A stretch of DNA of 64,000 nucleotides from Balanoglossus misakiensis (Eukaryota > Animalia > Hemichordata). The translations under genes and the position numbers were made by a program. Positions 50,370 through 60,185 of the stretch are shown in pieces (position 1 is the stretch's first letter; every line of letters starts with the position of its first letter). Under the pieces are notes generated by a model, which was not told where the DNA came from, ran no database searches, and saw only the letters and a list, made by a program, of their open reading frames with translations. Location: assembly GCA_040954595.2 (NCBI GenBank), contig CM082586.2, positions 9,207,337 through 9,271,336 of the forward strand, given 5' to 3'.

Positions 50370-50534
50370 CTTTGTAGTTTGATATTACCCTTCGCTTAGA
50401 CTTGGAGTTACTGTGAATCTTGAAGTTTTAACGGGATATTTTGAAAAAGTTATACGAGCAGGCAGGAGACGATGCTGACACGTCCACTCCAATATGGCGC
50501 CATTATTCTCATGCTCCTCCTTCATTACTTACAG

Positions 50535-50636
50535 ACAGGAGACACCCCTTTGCATTATGCAGCAAGGAGGGATGGTGGTGAAGGCCTTGTCAGATTGTTA
50601 TTGGAACACAAAGCTGATGTGACCATACAAAACGAG
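50535..50636 (+). CDS. Ankyrin cassette exon 4
   Basis: 102 bp; TGDTPLHYAARRDGGEGLVRLLLEHKADVTIQNE. Confidence 0.85.
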
Positions 50637-50807
50637 GTAAATACCAACTTGACTTCTGCAGGTTAATTCTATCAATGCGGATATATTTATTCATTTTATT
50701 GTGTGTTTGTCTATTTGTTTGTTTGTTTGTTTGTTTGGTTAAGGAAATTTCACATTACATTTCAATTTTGTGACATTATTCTCATGCTCCTCCTTCATTA
50801 CTTACAG

Positions 50808-50906
50808 ACAGGAGACACCCCTTTGCATTATGCAGCAAGGAGGGTTGGCAAAGGCCTTGTCAGATTGTTATTGGAACACAAAGCTGATGCTAACATACAA
50901 AACAAG
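50808..50906 (+). CDS. Ankyrin cassette exon 5
   Basis: 99 bp; TGDTPLHYAARRVGKGLVRLLLEHKADANIQNK. Confidence 0.85.
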
Positions 50907-51050
50907 GTAAAGACCAACCTGACTTCTGCAGGTTAATTCTATCAATGCAGATATATTTATTCATTTATTTGTTTGTTTGTTTAAGGAAATTTCACATTAG
51001 ATTTCTATTTTTGTGACATTATTCTCATGCTCCTCCTTCATTACTTACAG

Positions 51051-51149
51051 GATGGAGACACCCTTTTGCATTATGCAGCAAGGTTTCGTGATGAAGGCCG
51101 TGTCAGATTGTTATTGGAACACAAAGCTGATGCTAACATACGAAACAAG
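51051..51149 (+). CDS. Ankyrin cassette exon 6
   Basis: 99 bp; DGDTLLHYAARFRDEGRVRLLLEHKADANIRNK. Confidence 0.85.
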
Positions 51150-51305
51150 GTAAATACCAACCTGACTTCTGCAGGTTTATTCTATTGATGCGGATATATT
51201 TATTCATTTATTTGTTTGTTTGTTTGTTTGTTTGTTTAAGGAAATTTCACATTAGATTTCAATTTTTGTAACATTATTCTCATGCTCCTCCTTCATTACT
51301 TACAG

Positions 51306-51407
51306 GAGGGAGACACTCCTTTGCATGATGCAGCAAGGAGGGATGGTGGTGAAGGCCTTATCAGATTGTTATTGTAACACAAAGCTGATGTGACCATACA
51401 AAACAAG
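51306..51407 (+). pseudogene. Ankyrin cassette exon 7 with premature stop
   Basis: 102 bp; EGDTPLHDAARRDGGEGLIRLLL*HKADVTIQNK (GAA>TAA at 51375-51377). Confidence 0.85.
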
Positions 51408-51546
51408 GTAAATACCAACCTGACTTCTGCAGGTTAATTCTGAAAGTATTGAAATATTTTTTTTGTTTTTTTTTTGTTTAAGGAAATTTCACATTACATT
51501 TCAATTTTGTGACATTATTCTCATGCTCCTCCTTCATTACTTATAG

Positions 51547-51648
51547 ACAGGAGACACCCCTTTGCATGATGCAGCAAGGAGGGATGATGGTGAAGGCTTT
51601 GTCAGATTGTTATTGGAACACAAAGTTGATGCTAACATACAAAACAAG
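51547..51648 (+). CDS. Ankyrin cassette exon 8
   Basis: 102 bp; TGDTPLHDAARRDDGEGFVRLLLEHKVDANIQNK. Confidence 0.85.
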
Positions 51649-51817
51649 GTAAATACCAACCTGACTTCTGCAGGTTTATTCTATCAATGCGGATATATTT
51701 ATTCATTTGTTTGTTTGTTTGTTTTTTTGTTTGTTTGTTTGTTTGTTTTTATAAGAAAACACTTTTCATTTCAATTTTTGTGACATTGTTCTCATGCTCT
51801 TCCTTCATGACTTACAG

Positions 51818-51850
51818 AAAGGTGACCCCTTTGCATTTTGCAGCATATGT
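51818..51850 (+). pseudogene. Broken ninth ankyrin cassette
   Basis: Same acceptor intron, then KGD-(2-bp deletion)-PLHFAA, truncated. Confidence 0.7.
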
Positions 51851-52899
51851 CATATAATTTTGTCATTGTCCTTTGAATCAAAACTGCTCACTCTGTCGGG
51901 TCAGGTGTTATACAGGCAGGTGTGGAAACGATTTGCATTCCTTTCTTTCTTTCTTTGTTAATCAATCAATTGTTGTTCTATTCATTGATCATCACCCCCC
52001 TGTATCATGAACATCACAAGGCAATGCATTGAATTCAGCTCTTCCAGCTAGTGGCCGCACTTGCTTGATTTCCTGCGTGTGTCTCTGGGGATGAAAAGAA
52101 TGCATATGCGTCTTTTCCTAATTTGCATATTTTGAATGGGTGTTCCAACGTGAGTAACCGTTCATTTGACTTCCAGCTCGCATCGAATACACGTTAGGGA
52201 CTGTTTTTACGGCTGGGGGGGGGGCAAGTTTGGGTCATCGATTTTCAAAATCAGGCCGACCCCCCCTTCACCCTGGACCAAAAAATGATGACCCCCCCTT
52301 TGACAGACCCAAAATATGATGACCCCCCCCCCCGCTGAAAACATTTGCCGTGCTGATCCTATGTACACTGTATGCAATAAAGGGAATGAGGCTCCTCACA
52401 CCTCAATTATAAATTTCTTAAAGTAATTGAAGTATATATAATAGTATATCGTTGCAAAAAAAATATATGAACAAAATAAAATGACAAGTCAATACAATAG
52501 AAAATTTAAGAAAATGTTGTAAAATACGGTGCTCAAAGTTGCATTAGAATGAACTCTAAAGCAAATTAACTCAATGTTAGGCAGGACAAATTTTAATTTT
52601 GCCACTCCACTCAAAGTAAACATCGGGAGTAGGGTGGGTAGAAGTCTGCCGTGGTACACTAGACAAACCAGCGAATAAATGATATGTGGCGAAGAATGGA
52701 GGGGGAGGGGTGTGCGAGGGGGTGTCCCCCTCCCACATAAGAAAATTTTGTAAAATATGTAGCTCAAAGTTGCATTTTTATGAACTCAAGAGCAAATTAT
52801 CTCAGTGTTTGGGAGGACCTAAAATTTGACTTATAGGTGTGCGTGCCTCAATCATCTGATGCATGTATTCATCTATGAAAATTTGTGATCCATTTTCAG

Positions 52900-53010
52900 A
52901 ACATAGTGACTCCTTGTCAAGAGGCAGGAAGGAAGGCTGGGCGGGGTGCAGGCACCAATATTGCAAGAGCCTTTGTGGAATATCATTTTGACAATGAGAA
53001 AGTATATCAG
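52900..53010 (+). CDS. Roco gene exon: degenerate last ankyrin/linker, GC donor
   Basis: TTTTCAG acceptor, 111 bp open (NIVTPCQEA..YQ), donor CAG/GCAAGT. Confidence 0.65.
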
Positions 53011-53437
53011 GCAAGTATTGAGTTAGATTTAAAAGGGCAAGGTTACTCACTTTTGATAAAACAGTGAAATTGTGTCAGTTACCGACCACCTCTATATAGT
53101 GGCCACTTTGTTACAGTCCCTGTGCAGTTAACATGGGCAATTATTGACTTGTATATACAGGCCACCTGTCTATTAAGGCCAATTTAGGAAAGTCACTCTG
53201 ACTGGCCAATTTGGACTGTGAGATTTGGCTGTATTTCAGTTATTTACCAATTGGCTCTTTCTGTTGTTCTAAAAGATGCTCATTGACCAGTTTTATAAAG
53301 CTTACCGGCAACTCACACCTGACACATGGATATTTAAATCCATTTATTTTTTACCAAAATTATTTAACAATAGTGTCCATAATATGCATGGTGTGGTATA
53401 ATTGTCATAATCCTGTACTTTACAGCTAGTTCATTTA

Positions 53438-53752
53438 AGCAATAAAACACCCCCAGTTCACGACATATACGCACTCGATTTTGACCAGTTCACGACATAT
53501 ACGCAGGAGCGATAGCGAGTGCGTATATGTCGTGAACTGGTCAAAATCGAGTGGTATACCATGGCTGGGGGTGTTTTATTGCTATTATATTATGCCAGTA
53601 TATTGAAACTTTGCATAAAACATTTTAAAAAGGCATTTTCTTTGACTGTGCTATATGACTGTGGTATATGGCTAATATATCACAGTCACGTGTCGTGTCT
53701 CGACCAATAAAATAGCGTGATTTACACCATCAATATACTGGTATAATATAAT
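53438..53752. mobile_element. Double-hairpin non-autonomous element
   Basis: Arms AGCAATAAAACACCCCCAG../..CTGGGGGTGTTTTATTGCT (53438-53583) plus ATTATATTATGCCAGTATATTG/CAATATACTGGTATAATATAAT. Confidence 0.7.
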
Positions 53753-53790
53753 CAATCATATATGTTCTGTTTTCATCAATGAAAATACAG

Positions 53791-53850
53791 GCAGTTATAA
53801 ACTCAGTGTATGACAGAGATGACAAAAGAGACCTGATCAACCATCATAAG
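53791..53850 (+). CDS. Roco gene linker exon
   Basis: 60 bp, TACAG/GTACGT; AVINSVYDRDDKRDLINHHK. Confidence 0.6.
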
Positions 53851-54572
53851 GTACGTCGTAATGTTGATAATAAATGGCTATGAAAACATATCATATCACT
53901 AGTGTATTTGAATTTATCTTCTATATTTATAACATGGAAAACATAAAACCAGACTGTCATATAAATTTTTAACTACATACTTATTCTATTGTGCCAGCTA
54001 GGAAGGCATTAAAGGGACATTACCTATAACTTTTGGCTTTATTTCCATATTTTTTTCCTTTTGTGTACAAAATGCAATTTCATGTTCTTCTCCAAACTGC
54101 ATGCTAATATGCCCAGTACTCAACTTGTGTATATTGCCTGTCTCTGTAACAACCATTGTTATTGTTGACTCATGAATTCTAGTCCGGACTTCAATTCAAA
54201 TTTTGCAAAATAACAATGTTGAATATACACAAAGAGTACACAACTATCGAGGTGTGCGTCACAAAGAGATGACAAACTTATGCAAATAGAAGTTATGGAA
54301 AAAATATGTTAAATTTGGCAGCTCATGAGGCTTTAACTATGCATTATTTCTATAGTGTTAATGATAGCTTCCACATCATAAGCACATCATAATAGTGTAG
54401 TTAACAATGTAAATTATATTTTTTGATACTAGCGTTTTTATCAATATCTTTTCTGAAGCAAAATGTCATGTGACTTCTTTGAAGACATGGTGTTTAATTG
54501 AAAGGCATGTAAATTGAGTGTAAAAATTCCCAATATATATAACACATAACATATCTGTTCAAATTCTGACAG

Positions 54573-54701
54573 GTGTTTTCCCGCCAAAAAGAATTCACAG
54601 CACTCATGTGACAACCTGGTGTCAAACGTAATACTACAAAGATTGTGTTAGCTGGATACGGTGGGAATGGCAAAACTACACTCAAAGAATCATTGCAGCG
54701 G
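54573..54701 (+). CDS. Roc GTPase P-loop exon (contains in-frame TGA)
   Basis: VFSRQKEFTALM*QPGVKRNTTKIVLAGYGGNGKTTLKESLQR; TGA at 54609-54611. Confidence 0.8.
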
Positions 54702-55136
54702 GTGTGTAGAAATCTTTGATTATGAATGCCAATTATTGCTGTTTTTGAGGAGTGAAGGATTTGTGCAAATATTAAAGTTTTCATGAAGACTACATTTCAG
54801 TGGAAATCCGGGTACATATTTTGTTGACCAACCAATTCTCCAAATATTTTATATTATTACAATATGATTGGCATTAATCAAGCTTGCTGATTGGCCCGAG
54901 TCGCGGTTTATATCCTCAACGAGAAGACCTGAACAGTGAATAACTAAAAAATAACCGAAATGGGACACATAGAACAGAACGCCTCGCCTCGCTCAGTGAT
55001 TATTTCCCGCCAAATATGCTAAGTTTCACCTGGGAGGTCTTATATCCGGAATCAAATACTCTCGCTTGCCGTTTATAAGTTTACAACCTCTAAATTGTGA
55101 GAAAATCATCACTTATGTTCATATATTACAATGCAG

Positions 55137-55421
55137 AACTTTGTGCAAGCAAAATTGACTCGACGGTCAGAAGAGAAAGCACCTTTACCAGGGAACATGC
55201 AGTACACACCAACACCCGCCATAGATGTAGCCACATTATCCATACCCAAGATTGGCAAGTTCAGTGTGTGGGACTTTGCAGGACAAACAGAATACTATGT
55301 CACACATAATATGTTCCTAAGAGTCGAGAATGCAGTGGTTTTATTGGTCTTCAAAATGGCTGAGGACAAGCAGGATGTAGTTTGGACACCAAGAAAACTT
55401 ATGCAACAGCAGAGACAAGAG
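55137..55421 (+). CDS. Roc GTPase switch I/II exon
   Basis: YTPTPAID..FSVWDFAGQTEYYVTHNMFL. Confidence 0.9.
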
Positions 55422-55727
55422 GTGGGTCGTTGTTTTTTTGTTACTGATGATAAGTGATATTAATATTTTGGGCAATTATGGAATAAAGGTAAAGATGAAA
55501 CTCAGAAAGGGCACAGTGCATATATTACAATATTTTTTTTATTACTAAGCAGTGCATCAGTGAATTAGGTGGTGCAATATTGTGAATGAAATTAAAGTAA
55601 AGATGAATGGCACAGTATATATATTTGTGAAACATTTATCTCTTTTTGTTTTTATCCAGATTTAGGGACTGATTGAATATAATATGATTGATGACTTTAT
55701 ATTCTTCTTCATGTCTTTCTTTAATAG

Positions 55728-55854
55728 GTGACATCATGGCTTGCATTCCTTAAGGCAATCATACCACAAGATATGGATGAGGGTGGGAGTAAACCAAAAG
55801 TGATATTGATTGGAAGCAAGGCTGATTTGTTGAAAGCTGAACACAAGAAAGAAG
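55728..55854 (+). CDS. Roc GTPase G4 exon
   Basis: VTSWLAFLKA..PKVILIGSKAD; phase-1 donor GTATGT. Confidence 0.85.
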
Positions 55855-56215
55855 GTATGTTCAGTACATGTTTAGATAAAAGGTGACAAGAGCGAGGGTA
55901 TTCACACAATTGGGAGCCTGGTGTGGGAGTACACTCAATCTGATTAAAACCAGATGTAGTGTTGGGCGCTGTCTTTACCTTTGCTGATTCTTGGCTGTTC
56001 TGTTCGAAAGGGACACCCATACTACATCTGAACCTATGCAAAAGGAGATCTCATTACTATTCAACATTTTACCTATTCAGATAGTGTGATTGATGTAGAA
56101 TTTCACCGGATGCTTTCAAAAAATACAAAACAGCACCAAAGTGGCCTCTTCTGTGTATATGTCCATACTTTGTAAATAAAAATCTATCAAGAGATCATTA
56201 CTTTTTTCTTGATAG

Positions 56216-56364
56216 CTGAATTGGTGATGAGGGAAATACTCCAGACAGCTCAGAAGACCTTTGGCAAATACCTGAATATTCTTGATGAGACATTCATACT
56301 GAATTGTCACAACTCGCAGCATAATGATATGCACAGATTGCGTGAATGTCTACGAAGTGCAAAG
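56216..56364 (+). CDS. Roc C-terminal exon
   Basis: Phase matches previous exon; ELVMREI..FGKYLNILDETFILNCHNSQ..MHRLRECL. Confidence 0.8.
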
Positions 56365-56584
56365 GTATGGTTTTATAGATATTCTGCAATGTGTGACTGG
56401 ATTGAACATGTTAATTCATTAGGGCCATATTTGACAAAGGCATGCTTTACATCACCTTAATACTCTCATGTAATGCATAGAGTCCAAGAAAGCCAACTAT
56501 CAGATAGTAATAACAGAACTCTTATCAGTGGGAAATAAGTCAAGGTTGTATACTTTTGACTTACCGGGTATCAGAACTGTCTAA

Positions 56585-57283
56585 AAGGGCGTTCTCACTG
56601 GCACGTTTACACTGGTGCTACATCGGTGTAGATTTGACACCGACGGAAAAAAACAAGTGAGAATGCTTTACACCGGTGTTGGGCCGGTGTTAATTTGCGA
56701 CAGCGATGGGTGGTGGGTCAGGGCCAGTGCTGGGCCAGCGCTCCGACGCAAATAATCAGTGAGAACGCAAAGATAAACAAACACCGTTCAAAAGCGCCAC
56801 CCTGCAGTGACTTTTGGGTATGTTTATTAGGTATAGCCCATTGTCTTTGGTCAGTTTCCATTGTTAAGTCAATCACACTGGATGCGAGTGGTTTTCAAAC
56901 CATTCGCAGTTTGCCAGGTCTGCAACACTTCAGTCTGCTACCAACTTTCAGAAGGTTCTCTCGATCACCAAAAAGCCGAGGCATTTTCCATTTATGGATT
57001 AACATTCATTTACTTCTAAACATTATCAAAACTGTCACAAAGTCGTCTAGAACGTATATGCAGGTATATAAACTGCAACATGTTGCTGTAATGTCCTCGA
57101 CATCCTCAATTTTGTTAGTTGCCGTGTTGCTAAACATGGCCATTTAGACAGTGTTTATTTCAAAACAGGGGCCAAAAGTTTAGTGTGTGGACGCAAGGAG
57201 ATTCTGTGGGCTAATCCCCTGTGTTTGCAGAGAGTAAACACTGGCATAACACCGGTGTCCAAACTTTTAGTGAGAACAAGACT
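56585..57283. mobile_element. Possible PIF/Harbinger-type MITE
   Basis: GTTCTCACT / AGTGAGAAC near the ends, subterminal ACACCGGTGT motifs, TAA/TTA context; ends approximate. Confidence 0.45.
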
Positions 57284-58124
57284 TTAAATAATGGGCTGTG
57301 TCTGTAAAGGGTGAATATCACTGTTGCCAGTATTGTTCGAGTTGCTTTTCTGAATGTTCATTTCACCAAACAACAGTATTATGGGGGTCATCGTTAAACC
57401 CCGGTGCGGGGTATAAAAGACCCCCCAAATCAGTGGCGAATCTTAATGCCGTTTGACTGACAACAGACAACACCAACGATCTTGGCTCTATGAAAATCGG
57501 CCCAAACAGGTCCAAGCATAAAGAATTACACCACACAACGACAGTAGTTGGCTTTATAAACACACACAACATAAAGTTATCGACGAAAAAGTACACGAGC
57601 TTATGAAACAACGATGATTTTGGGAGAAATCTGGTTTCAGTGCTTTTCAGAAGCGTCCCTGGGAAACAATAACCACGCCATTCAAACAGTTGTCAATCGC
57701 GTGGAAGTGTGAAGTGTTCAATTATTTTCTGTGTACATGAGAGCAATTACACAGTCATTATATGCACGACGACCACTCCCAAATAAACAACTATACAAAC
57801 ACACGTTAATCCGAACCCCAGGACTTTCCGCACCGGGGTTTAAGAGGTTTTTAAACATCTCAGATGAAATACTGGCGTAAATTATCATGTGTGAATGGTT
57901 TAAGTGGTCCTGAAACGTCTCAGATTTGAGACGGCTTTGGTCAGACCTGAGCCAGTGTAAGGATTAACACCTCTCCGCAACCCATTGTTTGTGAGTGTGT
58001 ACACAAGGCGACTTAAAGGATTAATGCTCTGTGTTTACTATTGGCAAATAGTGTCTATGAAATGTTTTGAATTTTACCCTGTCTGGACATGAACCTGGTA
58101 TATGTCGCTGTGTTAATGTTACAG

Positions 58125-58304
58125 AGAGAAGAATACATACCAAAGTTGTGTGCTAAGATACTTGATGGAAGAAGCAAATGGATTGTGAGCAGTTTCCCGG
58201 TCATCAAATGGAAAACATATATAGAAAGAGTGAAAGAGTTGGATCGTTTCATTGATGAAGAGTTTCTAAAGAAAGCTACGAGATACCTTCACTACCTTGG
58301 GGAG
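58125..58304 (+). CDS. COR domain N-terminal exon
   Basis: IPKLCAKI..PVIKWKTY..DEEFLKKATRYLHYLGE, donor GTAAGT. Confidence 0.85.
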
Positions 58305-58379
58305 GTAAGTTTATTACAGAAATCGTTGCTGAAGACATTACCCCACTTGATCAGTAGGTTAAGAAATCCATGGAGGATA

Positions 58380-58593
58380 CTGTAAAACAGGTTATTTCGC
58401 GAGCAATAAATTTTCATGAAATATGCGAGAGCCCCCAAAAATGTGAAAATACAAAAGTCGCATAAAATGTTTTTTTTTCTTAGATAACAATGCAGTTAGT
58501 GAAATACGAGAAAGCCAAAATTAATCCATGCATAACAGTTGCTTCTTTTGATATCGTGAAAATTTCCTGTCGCGAAAAGAACCTGTTTTACAG
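58380..58593. mobile_element. TA-flanked MITE
   Basis: TA-CTGTAAAACAGGTT..AACCTGTTTTACAG-TA. Confidence 0.7.
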
Positions 58594-58932
58594 TATGAAG
58601 TCATACTACAAGAAAATGTTCTCGCAAAGTTTGGAGAAAGTACAGTACTGCAATTATGTTTATCACAGAACAATTACTGATGAAACCTTTCCAAAGACCA
58701 ACAGGAGTTCTGAAAGTTTTCTAGAAATTCTTTAAAACCTATCAATGCCAGGGTTCATCAAAAATAGAGGGCATCATTGACTTAAACATATAAACCATGG
58801 GATGTGAAAAGCAAGTACTAATACAGAAACCAGAAATAACGCTGGAAAATTTGTTGACAGGGGGTGTGCTTGTGTCAACCGTTAAGTGCACTCTTTGTTT
58901 GATCATGATTAGTGTCATACAAATTTAACCCT

Positions 58933-60185
58933 TAATAATAATAATAATAATACTTTATTTAAGACTTTAAAAAAAGTCCATATACCCAAAAGAGAGAAGA
59001 AAAAAAAACACTAATGAAAATACTCTGGAAAATCTGAAACTGAGACACACACACAAAAAAAAAAAACTCTGCAAAATTACATGATATACAATTGCTTTCG
59101 CCAATGTTTGAAAAATATGCTGTCAGTCGCTCTATCTGATGAACAGATCGCATCAAGTAAAACATTAGAAGAATTTTCGAGTCTACACTTAAAACTGTAC
59201 ATATTGTGTCTAAAAACTTCACCAAGTGACAATACATGGTTTGTAGCAAACATACCCGATGCACTGCAAAATGGCGGAAGACCGAGAAGTCTTCTCCAAA
59301 CATTATTGTACATAGTTTTAAATTTTTTCATCGGTTTAACTTTAAAGGATGCCCACAAACTGCAACAGTAAATATTACTACAATATGCCAAAAATAAAAC
59401 TTTCTTCACATCTTGACTACAATGTTGAAAATGTCTCAATAGCATGTTTGCTCTAACGCAAAATGCTCTTCTCTGTCGTTCAATATCTTCATTATCACAA
59501 CCATCACAAGATATTACATGGCCCAGATAGGTGTGTTCAGGTACAAACTTCAAAGTGATGTCATTAAGTTTAACCGAAGGAATTCTTTGAACGCTCATAT
59601 TCTTCCCATTAAAAAGCATGCACACAGTTTTACTAGAATTATAAATGATATCATAATCCTTGCCATAAATGTCACAAATTCTAAGAAGACGGCGTAGACC
59701 CTTAACACTTGGACTGAGTAGAGTCATGTCGTCAGCGTAACCTGAAGTGTTAGCGCTGACACCACACATGGTACAGCCAACTTTGGCTTTACAGAGTGCA
59801 TTGATAAGATCATCAATGTAGACATTAAAAAGATAGGGAGAGAGTACTCCCCCTTGTCTTACACCGTTAGAAACAGAAAACAACTCTGAGGTTTCATTAC
59901 CCCACAACACAGTAAACAATTGATTTCTGTACCAGTAATATAAAATTCGAACAGCATACAAGGGAACATTCCTGTCGATGAGCTTGTTAACCAGTTTAAA
60001 GTGATTAACTCTGTCAAAAGCTTTTGAAGCATCCAGAAAACAAGTAAACACTGGTCCTCCATTGCTGGTGTAGTAGCTAATGATTTCTTTAAATGCAAAT
60101 AAACACAGGTCAGTTGAATGTTCTCGCTTGAAACCAAATTGTAAATAATGAGAGGTAAGAAACTCCTCACAACGAGAAAGTAAAT
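58933..60185 (-). mobile_element. 5'-truncated LINE (RT + C-terminal domain), third family
   Basis: QFGFK, DASKAFD, GVRQGGVLSP, YADD, YLG; AATAAA plus (TTA)n tail on the minus strand. Confidence 0.9.

Larger units (their letters stand above)
45495..50500 (-). mobile_element. Full-length APE-type LINE (RTEX-like), ORF2 disrupted
   Basis: ORF1 + APE + RT + C-terminal Cys/His motif; AATAAA then (TA)n tail; TSD CATTAT (45489-45494, 50501-50506). Confidence 0.88.
31722..58304 (+). pseudogene. Ankyrin-repeat Roc-COR (Roco, DAPK1-like architecture) gene; multi-exon, start not found, continues past the window; two in-frame stops (possible null allele or pseudogene)
   Basis: 17 phase-compatible exons with AG acceptors and GT (one GC) donors encoding ankyrin repeats, P-loop GYGGNGKTT, WDFAGQ, GSKAD and COR start YLHYLGE. 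Confidence 0.8.

Noticed and set aside
50472-51783. ORF-track proteins starting ILMLLLHYLQ.. as hydrophobic leaders
   Set aside because: Read-through of the polypyrimidine tract upstream of the real exons.
50490-51850. Repeat/variable-spacer pattern resembling CRISPR or DGR template/variable repeats
   Set aside because: Units are spliceosomal exons with introns; variation is not adenine-specific and nearby RTs belong to ordinary retrotransposons.
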